Of a DNA stretch of 64,000 nt, positions 56,183 through 64,000 are shown in pieces. A model generated the notes under the pieces. That model was given only the letters and a program-made list of their open reading frames with translations, searched no databases and was not told the DNA's origin. Made by a program: the position numbers and the translations under genes. Within the stretch, counting starts at the first letter, position 1; the number at the start of each line of letters is the position of its first letter. The DNA comes from a bacterium (lineage in GTDB: Bacteria > Electryoneota > Electryoneia > Electryoneales > Electryoneaceae), in contig CAXXKJ010000002.1 in NCBI GenBank assembly GCA_963675295.2, positions 576,001 through 640,000 on the forward strand, in the 5' to 3' direction.

Positions 56183-56983
56183 CTACAGATCCTCGAGTCG
56201 CAGAGCGGCCTGCCCGGCTTCCGGGCTGTCGGGAAAGTCGCGGGTGATGGTTTCGAAGTGTCCGCGCGCGGCATCGTTTTCGCCGGCATCCATCGCGAGG
56301 ATCCCCAATTTGAGCAACGTAGCCGGCAGGCGGTTGCTGTCCGGGTATTCGCCGAGTACACGATTGAACATCGTCTGGGCGGAGTCTGGCTGCTCGTCCG
56401 CCATGAACGATTCCGCGAGCCAGTACAGCGCGTCATCGGCGAGCGGCGATTCCGGGAAGGTCGTCAGCAGTTCACGGTAGCCCATCCGTGCGAGCTCATA
56501 TTCACCACGCAGGTATTCTTCCTGGCCCTGGTCGTAGAGCGCGCGTTCTTCTTCGGATGCGCGGACGCCGTCTATGGTCGCCGGGTTGCGCAGCGTTTTG
56601 TTGACTTCTTCGAGGCTCTTCAGCAGTGAACTCAGCAGGCGTTCATTTTCCTCGAATCGGTTGGTCAGCGTGTACAGCCGCCGTTCGAAATCCTGGCTGG
56701 TGGCGCTTTGGTCGGCCTGCATCGCGCGCAGTTCCTGGCTCACATTTTCGCCGAGCAGGGCCTTGATGCTGTCAATGTCGGCCTGCATCTGCTGCTGCTG
56801 ACGATCCAACTGGACCAGCCGTGCGCGGAATTCGCTGTGATCTTCCTGGAACTGGACGATCTCTTCCTTGGACGCCGCACAGCCGAGCATCAGCAAAGCG
56901 ACGGAAAGGGTGATGCCCAGGCGGAGCTGTTGCATCGCACGTCGGACCGTGCGCCGGATCGACACGAGTATCGGTTTCTGCAT
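56183..56983 (-). CDS. cpoB: Tol-Pal system protein YbgF/CpoB
   Basis: Lipobox LMLGC, coiled coil, TPR motifs FPESPLADDALYWLAE, YPDS, LLKLG; downstream of pal; start 56983 or 56935. Confidence 0.9.
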   Translation of the reverse strand: MQKPILVSIRRTVRRAMQQLRLGITLSVALLMLGCAASKEEIVQFQEDHSEFRARLVQLDRQQQQMQADIDSIKALLGENVSQELRAMQADQSATSQDFERRLYTLTNRFEENERLLSSLLKSLEEVNKTLRNPATIDGVRASEEERALYDQGQEEYLRGEYELARMGYRELLTTFPESPLADDALYWLAESFMADEQPDSAQTMFNRVLGEYPDSNRLPATLLKLGILAMDAGENDAARGHFETITRDFPDSPEAGQAALRLEDL

Positions 56984-57012
56984 GGGTACGGAACCTCGGC
57001 TTCGTCGCGAGT

Positions 57013-57594
57013 TTAGCGGACGACGGTCACGGCCCGGCGATTCTTCGCCCACGCCGCTTCGTTCGAGCCTTGCACTTCCGGACGTTCCTCGCCGTAGCTG
57101 ACGAGCCGTACGCGGGAGCCGTCGATGCCATAATCGATGTAGTACTGCTTCACCGACGCCGCGCGCCGTTCACCCAGCGCGAGGTTGTATTCGGTTGAGC
57201 CGCGTTCGTCGCAATGGCCTTCGACGGACACCTTCCAGTCGGGATACTTGCGCAGCATCTCGGCGTTGTGCCGGAGGGCGTCCCGGGTCGCGGCGGACAG
57301 CGAGGACTGGTCGAACTCAAAGTAGACAACCTTCAGGCTCGCCTTGTCCTGGCTGATCTGGCGCATCTTGCGTTCTTCGGCGAGACGCAGCTCTTCCAGC
57401 CGGCGGCGTTCCAGCTCTTCGACCGTCGGCAGGGTATCCTCGACGATCGGTTCCGGCTCGATGTCCTGGAAGCCGGTGGTATCGATGGGGATTTCTTCGA
57501 TGGGTGGGGTTTCCTGTTGCTTGGATGCACACCCGGCGAACAGGATCGCCAGGGTGAAAAGAACCACGAGGGACAGCAGGCCAGAACGTTTCAT
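57013..57594 (-). CDS. pal: Peptidoglycan-associated lipoprotein Pal
   Basis: Lipobox FAGC, VYFEFD, EGHCDERGSTEYNLALGERRA, SYGEERP, NRRA. Confidence 0.97.
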   Translation of the reverse strand: MKRSGLLSLVVLFTLAILFAGCASKQQETPPIEEIPIDTTGFQDIEPEPIVEDTLPTVEELERRRLEELRLAEERKMRQISQDKASLKVVYFEFDQSSLSAATRDALRHNAEMLRKYPDWKVSVEGHCDERGSTEYNLALGERRAASVKQYYIDYGIDGSRVRLVSYGEERPEVQGSNEAAWAKNRRAVTVVR

Positions 57595-57827
57595 TCGTAC
57601 GGTCCTCGAAAACGTTTTTGTGTTGGTTGGTGGCGAAACGAGGATCGCCCCCCGTATCTTAGACTCGCCGGGAGGCAAAATCGTTGCATGAAAACCCTTG
57701 CGGGGGTCTCCCGCGCCCATGTGGAAAGTAGGAGAACGGCGAGAGCTGCGCAATTCGACCCGAGAGACGATTGCTTCTCCGGCTGCCTTGACAGCACGGA
57801 CCGTGAATCCTATTTTGTCGCGCCTGT

Positions 57828-57901
57828 TGGGGATTGGTGTAATGGCAACACGCCTGACTCTGGATCAGGTAATCGGGGTTCGACTCCCTGATCCCCAGCC
57901 A
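57828..57901 (+). tRNA. tRNA-Gln(CTG), CCA encoded; probable attL of the downstream element
   Basis: TGGGGAT/ATCCCCA acceptor, CCTGA-CT-CTG-GA-TCAGG anticodon arm, GGTTCGACTCC, ends GCCA. Confidence 0.96.
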
Positions 57902-57904
57902 TCG

Positions 57905-57946
57905 ACCCGCAAGTTCTGTAAAAACAGGGCTTGTGGGTTTTTCTTT
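57905..57946 (+). terminator. Intrinsic terminator after tRNA-Gln
   Basis: ACCCGCAAGTTCTGT-AAAA-ACAGGGCTTGTGGGT followed by TTTTCTTT. Confidence 0.75.
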
Positions 57947-57953
57947 CTCCTAG

Positions 57954-57972
57954 ATTTGCCATATATTTGCCA
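57954..57972. promoter_or_regulatory. Putative integrase arm-type binding sites
   Basis: Direct repeat ATTTGCCA at 57954 and 57965, between the att core and the integrase start. Confidence 0.45.
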
Positions 57973-57999
57973 AGTCGGCAGAAATTCGGCGAGGCAATC

Positions 58000-59109
58000 A
58001 TGGCAGCTCCATCCTTCCCAAACGTCCGCACACGGAAGAATCCCAAGGGCAAAACGGCCTACTACATCGACTACTTCGATCCGTTCAAAAACAAGCGTGT
58101 CCGCGAGACAGCCGGAACCCGGAAAGACCTTGCCCAACAGAAGGCCGTCCAAGTCTACAACGAAATGATGGCAAAGTGGAACGGCATTCCCGAGCCTGTT
58201 GAAGTGATGGATGTACTCCTGACGGATCTGGCGAACCGGTTCCTAGCTGACAAGCGGATTCGTACCCGCAGTTCAACCTACCGCCGCTATCGGGCACCCA
58301 CGAACAACTTTGTCCAGTTCATGAAGGACAGCTTTCCCAAGGTCACAAATGCCGGTCAGGTGACGAAAGCACAGATTGACGAATACCTGACGCATCGTCA
58401 CAACATGGAAATGGCGACAGCGACGCTGAACATGGAATTGCGTGCCATCAAGGCGATGTTCAATTTCGCCATCCAACAGGGTTGGCTTCAGGAAAATCCA
58501 GCCCAGAAGATCAAGAAGTTCAATGCTTCAGAAGGTGCGGAAAAGATCGAGTACTGGACAAAAGCAGAAGTTGTGCGCATACTAAATGAAGTGAAGCCGT
58601 ACTACCGGGACGCCTTCGAATTTCTTTACAGGACGGGTATCCGGCGCGAAGAGCTGACAAATCTGACTTGGCAAGACGTTACGAATCTAGACAAGAAAGA
58701 TCCGACCATTGCTATCCAGGGCGGACCGCACAAGAACGGGTGGCTGCCGAAGACAGGCAAGCGACGAATCATTCCGCTATCACCAAGTGCAGCGGAAATA
58801 ATCAGGCGTCAGGGCAAATCAGATCTGCACCCATACGTCTTCAAATCCAAGACGGGTAAGGTGTTAAGGGGCAACAAGCTTCGGGATGAACTTGCACGAA
58901 CACTGGGTAAGCTCGGCCTTCAGGGCAACGTTCATAAGTTCCGCCATACGTTTGCCAGCCACTTGGTGATGAAGAATGCAACGTTGCAGACCGTCGGTGA
59001 GTTGCTTGGGCATTCAGATCCCAAGACAACAATGATCTATGCGCACCTCGCACCTGATCATCTTAGGGTAGCAGTAAATCTGCTGGATAACGAAAATTCA
59101 GAAATCTAA
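58000..59109 (+). CDS. Tyrosine recombinase/integrase
   Basis: Catalytic R (TGIRREE), K (PKTGK), HKFRH, LGH, Y (TMIYAH); N-terminal arm-binding-like region. Confidence 0.96.
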   Translation: MAAPSFPNVRTRKNPKGKTAYYIDYFDPFKNKRVRETAGTRKDLAQQKAVQVYNEMMAKWNGIPEPVEVMDVLLTDLANRFLADKRIRTRSSTYRRYRAPTNNFVQFMKDSFPKVTNAGQVTKAQIDEYLTHRHNMEMATATLNMELRAIKAMFNFAIQQGWLQENPAQKIKKFNASEGAEKIEYWTKAEVVRILNEVKPYYRDAFEFLYRTGIRREELTNLTWQDVTNLDKKDPTIAIQGGPHKNGWLPKTGKRRIIPLSPSAAEIIRRQGKSDLHPYVFKSKTGKVLRGNKLRDELARTLGKLGLQGNVHKFRHTFASHLVMKNATLQTVGELLGHSDPKTTMIYAHLAPDHLRVAVNLLDNENSEI

Positions 59110-59124
59110 TGACTGATTTTTTCT

Positions 59125-59552
59125 CGAAATTGACGATTTTTGATCCGGATTCGCGCATGAAGAAATCATGTCTTGACAGAACTGAAAAGCTGTCGCATAA
59201 ACCATATAGGGCGCGTTTCATCGGTGGCAGCGATTTCGGTCACTCGACCTAAATCAAACAACAGCAGACCCCCGCCAGGGCAGCCGACATAGGGGCGTAC
59301 GCCCCGCTGAATCCGCAAGAATTCCGCGCGGACCCAGGACAGCGACATTCCGACAAAACGACATTCCGACATTCCGGTTTAACTGGAAGATCGCAATGTC
59401 ATGGTCAGCTGAATTTTGGCGAAATCAGCAATTTTTGATCCGGATTCGTGCAAGAAGAATTTGGGTCTTGACAAATTCAGGAATAGTCGTATCCTGTATA
59501 CAGGGCGCGCAGAACTTTTTGTTCCCTCGATCAGGGTTGTACGACAGCAGAC
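59125..59552 (+). repeat. Tandemly duplicated promoter/leader unit (~295-bp period)
   Basis: ATTTTTGATCCGGATTCG at 59136 and 59431; TTGACA at 59173 and 59468; AGGGCGCG at 59208 and 59502; ACAGCAGAC at 59261 and 59544. Confidence 0.8.
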
Positions 59553-59790
59553 AGCAGACAACCTACCAGCGACACCCTACAGATTGGTGGATTGATTAAA
59601 TCTAGTATCCGGGATTCCCCATCCCGAGGTTGGTTACCCCAATCCATATAGTAACACCCGACCGTGTTTCGGATTTCACTTCATCATCCCGCTTCCAGGG
59701 ATAGCCCGTCCAGGAATTCAGTGGACGGGTTCCCTAACCCGTGGTGATGACTGAAAATGCACGGAACATGATCACAACCAGGAGAAAGAC

Positions 59791-60024
59791 ATGGGACTAC
59801 ATACAGCTACAATCGAAGTACTTGAAGATGACCGCCTGTGTGGGGCGGTCATGAAAGCGGTGGAAAGGAACTATTCAAACCGCTACATCCAGCGTCAATT
59901 CGGCGTTTCCAGACGCCAGCTGGAAAGAATCGTCCAGACGTATTCGAATCCGCAGAATGGAACGACATCAATCGGGAATAAGAATGTGAATGGATGGTTA
60001 ACCGCAGTAAAATCAAAAACATAA
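59791..60024 (+). CDS. Small helix-turn-helix protein (regulator or excisionase-like)
   Basis: AGGAG RBS; SNRYIQRQFGVSRRQLERIV fits an HTH; lies before the primase. Confidence 0.65.
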   Translation: MGLHTATIEVLEDDRLCGAVMKAVERNYSNRYIQRQFGVSRRQLERIVQTYSNPQNGTTSIGNKNVNGWLTAVKSKT

Positions 60025-60041
60025 ATTAATCGGAGCTAAAT

Positions 60042-62519
60042 ATGACAAGTGAAATCAAACGAACACTGGAAACGATCTGCGGGGAGGATCAAATCACAGA
60101 ATTGCGCGCCTTGAACGTGCGCGATCCAGAAACGGGGAATACCAGGAATCACAGCGGTTTCTTCAACGACTACGAAGCAATGGCGTCAGAAGCAGAACGA
60201 ATCGGCCAATACGCCGAAGGGGTCTATTTCACACCGAATCCAATCGATGTAGACGCCGTTCAAGGAAAGCTGAACGAGCTGACACCGGGGTCAACCGGTG
60301 GTTCGGCAAAAAACCATGACATATCCAGAATACACTGGCTGCTGATCGACTTCGACCCAGTTCGTGAAGCCAGGATATCGTCAACCCAAGAAGAACAGAC
60401 TGCTGCCCTTGATCTGGCAGTAAGGGTAAGCGTGCAAATGTCCACACTTGGTTGGCCAAAACCGATTTCTGCCAGTTCAGGAAACGGGGCACATTTGATG
60501 TACCGCGTTGACCTACCCGTCGAAGACAGCGGGCTGATCCGTGGGGCGCTGGAAGCGTTGGCAGGCATGTTCGATACGCCAAGGGTAATCATCGACAAGT
60601 CCGTCCACAATCCGGCGAGAATCTGGCGTTTGTATGGTACGTGGGCGCGCAAGGGTGAAAACACGCCCGAACGTCCGCATCGTCCAAGCCATATCCTGTG
60701 GGACGAATCGCCACAATATCCAGAAGTCGTTTCACGCTACAAACTGCTGGCGATACAACCGGCCAAATTCGAACAGCCGACTTCGTCGGATGATACTGGC
60801 AGCAGCGGTTTTGATCTTGAAGACTGGATTGAAACCCACCGTCTGAAGCTGAACACCTATGGAATTACGGGGCCACATTCGTGGCCCCATGTTGGAACCA
60901 GTTCCGGAACCCGTCAGGAAGGCAAGCGCTGGGTGCTGCAAAGATGCCCTTGGAATGTTGAACACACCAACGCAGCGACATACATCGTTCAAAGGGCAGA
61001 CGGGGCGATTGCCGCAGGTTGTCATCATAACGGTTGCCAGGGTAAAGGATGGCATGAGCTGCGTGATGTGATTGAACCTGAATGGCGCAAACGACGTCGA
61101 TATCCGCATACGGACTATGGTAACGCCGAACGCCTGGTTGCCCATCACGGTGATGACATTCGCTACTGCTATCAGCAGAAGAACTGGTATGTCTGGGATG
61201 GTACCCGCTGGGCACTTGACGATACCGGCGCTGTCATGCGCAAAGCGAAAGCTACTGCCAGGGCAATTCTGCATGAAGCTGACGGTGTGCAGGATCGCGA
61301 AAAACGTGATGCCATCCTTGGATGGATGAAGCAATCCGAATCAGCCCAGAAGTTGAAGTCCATGATCGACTTGGCGGGCAGCGAAGAAAAGGTGGCCACA
61401 TCAGTCAACGAATTCGATCAGAATCCGTGGTTGTTGAACGTCGAAAATGGAACGATCGACCTGCAAACCGGCGCGCTGAAATTCCACGACAGGAACGATT
61501 TTATCACGAAGAAGCTGCCTGTACGCTGGATTGGTCTGGACGAACGTCTACCACTATGGGAACGCTTCCTGGATGAAGCGACCGATGGTGACAAAGACTT
61601 GCAGGCGTTCCTGCAACGCGCTGTCGGCTATTCCCTGACAGGCAGGACGGACGAAGAAGTTTTGTTTTTTGTTCATGGTCCTGCAGCTTCTGGAAAATCC
61701 ACCTTCATCGAAGCTGTGAAAAGCGCGATGGGTGACTACTGCACCACAGCAGATTTCGAAACCTTCCTGAAACGCAGCAACACAGGTGGAGCGCGCAATG
61801 ACATCGCCAGACTGGTGGGTTCACGATTCGTCGCATCCATCGAAGTTGATGAAGGCAAAGCCCTGGCGGAAGGTCTGATCAAATCAGTTACGGGTGGCGA
61901 CACTGTCAGCGCACGATTCCTGTTCAAAGAAGCATTCGAATTTGTACCCGTATTCAAACTGTGGCTTGTTGCGAACGATGCCCCAGATGTGAAAGCCGGT
62001 GACGATGCGATGTGGCGTCGTATTCTGCGTGTGCCGTTCGAACACGTGGTACCGAAAGACAAGCGCGATCCACAAGTCAAGGCGCAGCTGAAGAATCCAG
62101 AAATCGCTGGTCCTGCAATTTTAGCCTGGGCAGTGCGTGGCTGTCTGGACTGGCAGAAAGATGGGTTGAAAATCCCGGACGCTGTCACCAACGCGACTGA
62201 AGAATACCGCAAGGAAATGAATCCATTGTCGGACTTCATTACCGACTACTGCACCGTAGACACCAATGATCACGTCTTGTGGGAACCGACAGCAAATCTG
62301 CGACAGGCTTATCTGGAATGGGGCAGATCTAACGGGGCTGGACAACACATCAACGACCGCCAATTCGGAAAGCTGATGCGCGAAATGGACTGCCAACCTG
62401 AATCCAGGCAGTTCGCAGGGACAAAAACACGCGGATGGCAGGGTGTCCGATTGGATACGAAGCACCGCGACGACCACGGCAGGTTCAAACCAGTAGTTTG
62501 TTTTGATGGTCCGTTCTAA
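60042..62519 (+). CDS. Phage/plasmid primase-helicase (AEP/RepB-like primase + D5_N + SF3 helicase, P4 family)
   Basis: YFTPNP, LLIDFD, SSGNGAH primase motifs; CPW..H..CHHNGC; TDYGNAERL, WDGTRW, NGTIDL; Walker A GPAASGKST, KSVTGGD, AMWRR. Confidence 0.92.
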   Translation: MTSEIKRTLETICGEDQITELRALNVRDPETGNTRNHSGFFNDYEAMASEAERIGQYAEGVYFTPNPIDVDAVQGKLNELTPGSTGGSAKNHDISRIHWLLIDFDPVREARISSTQEEQTAALDLAVRVSVQMSTLGWPKPISASSGNGAHLMYRVDLPVEDSGLIRGALEALAGMFDTPRVIIDKSVHNPARIWRLYGTWARKGENTPERPHRPSHILWDESPQYPEVVSRYKLLAIQPAKFEQPTSSDDTGSSGFDLEDWIETHRLKLNTYGITGPHSWPHVGTSSGTRQEGKRWVLQRCPWNVEHTNAATYIVQRADGAIAAGCHHNGCQGKGWHELRDVIEPEWRKRRRYPHTDYGNAERLVAHHGDDIRYCYQQKNWYVWDGTRWALDDTGAVMRKAKATARAILHEADGVQDREKRDAILGWMKQSESAQKLKSMIDLAGSEEKVATSVNEFDQNPWLLNVENGTIDLQTGALKFHDRNDFITKKLPVRWIGLDERLPLWERFLDEATDGDKDLQAFLQRAVGYSLTGRTDEEVLFFVHGPAASGKSTFIEAVKSAMGDYCTTADFETFLKRSNTGGARNDIARLVGSRFVASIEVDEGKALAEGLIKSVTGGDTVSARFLFKEAFEFVPVFKLWLVANDAPDVKAGDDAMWRRILRVPFEHVVPKDKRDPQVKAQLKNPEIAGPAILAWAVRGCLDWQKDGLKIPDAVTNATEEYRKEMNPLSDFITDYCTVDTNDHVLWEPTANLRQAYLEWGRSNGAGQHINDRQFGKLMREMDCQPESRQFAGTKTRGWQGVRLDTKHRDDHGRFKPVVCFDGPF

Positions 62520-62523
62520 TCCT

Positions 62524-62631
62524 TGGGACGGATGGGTCGCTTCGGGCGGCACTTTCTATAACCCTTCCTACGTGAAGAGTTTTCTTATGAAGAATGTGGA
62601 ATTTGCTGTCCGAACCGCCCTATGTGTCCCA
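62524..62631. other. Imperfect inverted repeat with AT-rich core after the primase gene (putative replication origin)
   Basis: TGGGACGGATGGGTCGCTTCGGGCGGCA ... TGCTGTCCGAACCGCCCTATGTGTCCCA flanking an AT-rich spacer. Confidence 0.5.
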
Positions 62632-62902
62632 CGCAAAAATTCCCAGAAAATATATGCCACCGCGTTCGGCCCCGGGGCTCCGTAGGTACCGATCTACAGG
62701 GTATTTCCACTTGGGCCGTATCTCCACCGGCATATCGATCTGTAGATAGATTGTTATCGTATAATGCGGGCTTGTTCATTAGGTGCTGATTCCTTTGGAA
62801 TTGGGTCCACTATCGACCACCGTCTAAGTTAAAATAGGTCTAATACCACACATAGCTAGACCATCAGAGAAGTTCGAATCCTTATGATATCAGACAAAGA
62901 CC

Positions 62903-64000
62903 TCAATAGTTATATTTTTCTCTTCGTCTTCGGAAAGCTTCTTCCGTCCCTTCCATGATATCCAGAACTGCCTTGGTTACAGTAGCTCGGTCAAGTCCTC
63001 CACATGCGAGTCTTTCACCCCTCCCAGCTCGCGCTTCGAACGCATAGACTAGCTCAGCATCGCCGTTCACTGGTAGATTCGCGTTGTGCGTGGCCATGAT
63101 GAGTTGACGATTTGATTTCACCTTGCGCAGCATCGGGATCAGTTCACGATAGACAAAGTTTGAGTCCAATTCATCTTCTGGTTGATCGATGACTAGCGGC
63201 CCACCTTTTTGTGCAAGCAATAGTGCCAGTGCAGCTGTATTTCTTTGACCGTCAGAAAGTGAACCTTCGGCTATGCTACCTGCAATAGAGCCATCCGCAC
63301 GATACAGGCTCATGTCAACCGTGTCTTGAACCCGGGAGCAGCGTACACGTTGCCATTCTTCTAAATTATCCTGTAGATGCTGAAACAGGGGTTCAGTGAT
63401 CTCTCCAAAAAAATTTTGACCTTCCTGCATCTGACCCTCAAGAACCTGCCATGGGGATAGGGCGTCATCTTGATTGATGAAATAGTCGTAGAGCGTTTCT
63501 CCGCACTCTTCCCAGTTTCTTCCCAACCGTGTCCGACGATCTTGAGGCGCTAAGCTTTGCCATAGTTTTCTGAAACTTCTGTGATCCTGCTGAAACTTCG
63601 CTGAGACTTCGATGAATCGTTGTTTTCCCTCGTCAAGAACCGCGATACTGTTAGCTCGATCTGCAGCTTCGACTCGTTTGTGGTACTGCTCTCGCCATAT
63701 ATGGTGGAGGTTCAGCAATAACTTCTCAGTGTCACCAGCAGCAACCTGTAGGCTTTTGATCTCGGCCTCGGCATCATCAATTTCACGCTGCTTTTTTGCA
63801 CGTGATTCACTGATTTCCTTGAGATGACCAACATCATCCGGTGTCAACCCTTTTGCTTTACAGGCTTCACTAAAAATGGCATCAGCCTGATCCAATTCCC
63901 TCTTGATCAACTGCCATTCCGGATCGCTGGTCTTAAGCTCCTCAACCCCGGCTTCAAACTTATCCACAGCCTCACGGATTGTCTGAGCCAACTCATCCTT
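62903..64000 (-). CDS. C-terminal part of a coiled-coil ABC/AAA ATPase (TrlF/Ppl-like; 5' end outside the window)
   Basis: LSDGQR signature, PLVIDQPEDELD Walker B/D-loop, RQLIMATHNANLPVNGDAE, IMEGTEEAF; frame open to the window edge. Confidence 0.85.
   Translation of the reverse strand, partial: KDELAQTIREAVDKFEAGVEELKTSDPEWQLIKRELDQADAIFSEACKAKGLTPDDVGHLKEISESRAKKQREIDDAEAEIKSLQVAAGDTEKLLLNLHHIWREQYHKRVEAADRANSIAVLDEGKQRFIEVSAKFQQDHRSFRKLWQSLAPQDRRTRLGRNWEECGETLYDYFINQDDALSPWQVLEGQMQEGQNFFGEITEPLFQHLQDNLEEWQRVRCSRVQDTVDMSLYRADGSIAGSIAEGSLSDGQRNTAALALLLAQKGGPLVIDQPEDELDSNFVYRELIPMLRKVKSNRQLIMATHNANLPVNGDAELVYAFEARAGRGERLACGGLDRATVTKAVLDIMEGTEEAFRRRREKYNY

Larger units (their letters stand above)
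57880..64000. mobile_element. tRNA-Gln-integrated P4/phage-satellite-like integrative element (continues beyond the window)
   Basis: Integrase right after the tRNA 3' end, HTH protein and primase-SF3 helicase, opposite-strand ATPase cargo, visibly lower GC than flanking host genes; attR not in window. Confidence 0.85.

Overview
High-GC chromosomal window from a diderm bacterium. PNPFN-tailed secreted proteins, a TonB receptor with a DUF4249-like lipoprotein and a DUF5723-like barrel suggest the FCB superphylum (inference). From left to right: tpiA-secG-tRNA-Leu; a stand-alone receiver protein; a TBDR/lipoprotein pair; a secreted propeller protein; an orphan NtrB-type histidine kinase; an aldo-keto reductase; a ~23.5 kb glycan synthesis and tailoring island (giant TPR-glycosyltransferase fusions, five sulfotransferase domains, methyl-, formyl- and aminotransferases, Gmd, GmhA, a reversed HldE-like enzyme; both plus-strand operons carry sigma54-type promoters) ending at tRNA-Ser; two tandem secreted paralogs; an ABC permease; kdsD; an AT-rich secreted-protein gene; ptsH-ptsI-metK-ahcY plus an outer-membrane pair; two small membrane proteins; cpoB-pal; and a P4/satellite-like element integrated at tRNA-Gln (tyrosine integrase, duplicated promoter unit, HTH protein, primase-helicase, partial ABC-type ATPase cargo) that runs off the right end. 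Signals not explained by the gene list: (i) a REP-like hairpin family found between genes and also as three in-frame copies inside a glycosyltransferase, (ii) Asn-Gly-rich tails and linkers on six enzymes of the glycan island, (iii) heptamer tandem tracts just after stop codons, (iv) several candidate structured RNAs, (v) sharply AT-rich in-frame segments. All product calls come from motif recognition by eye; no database searches were run.
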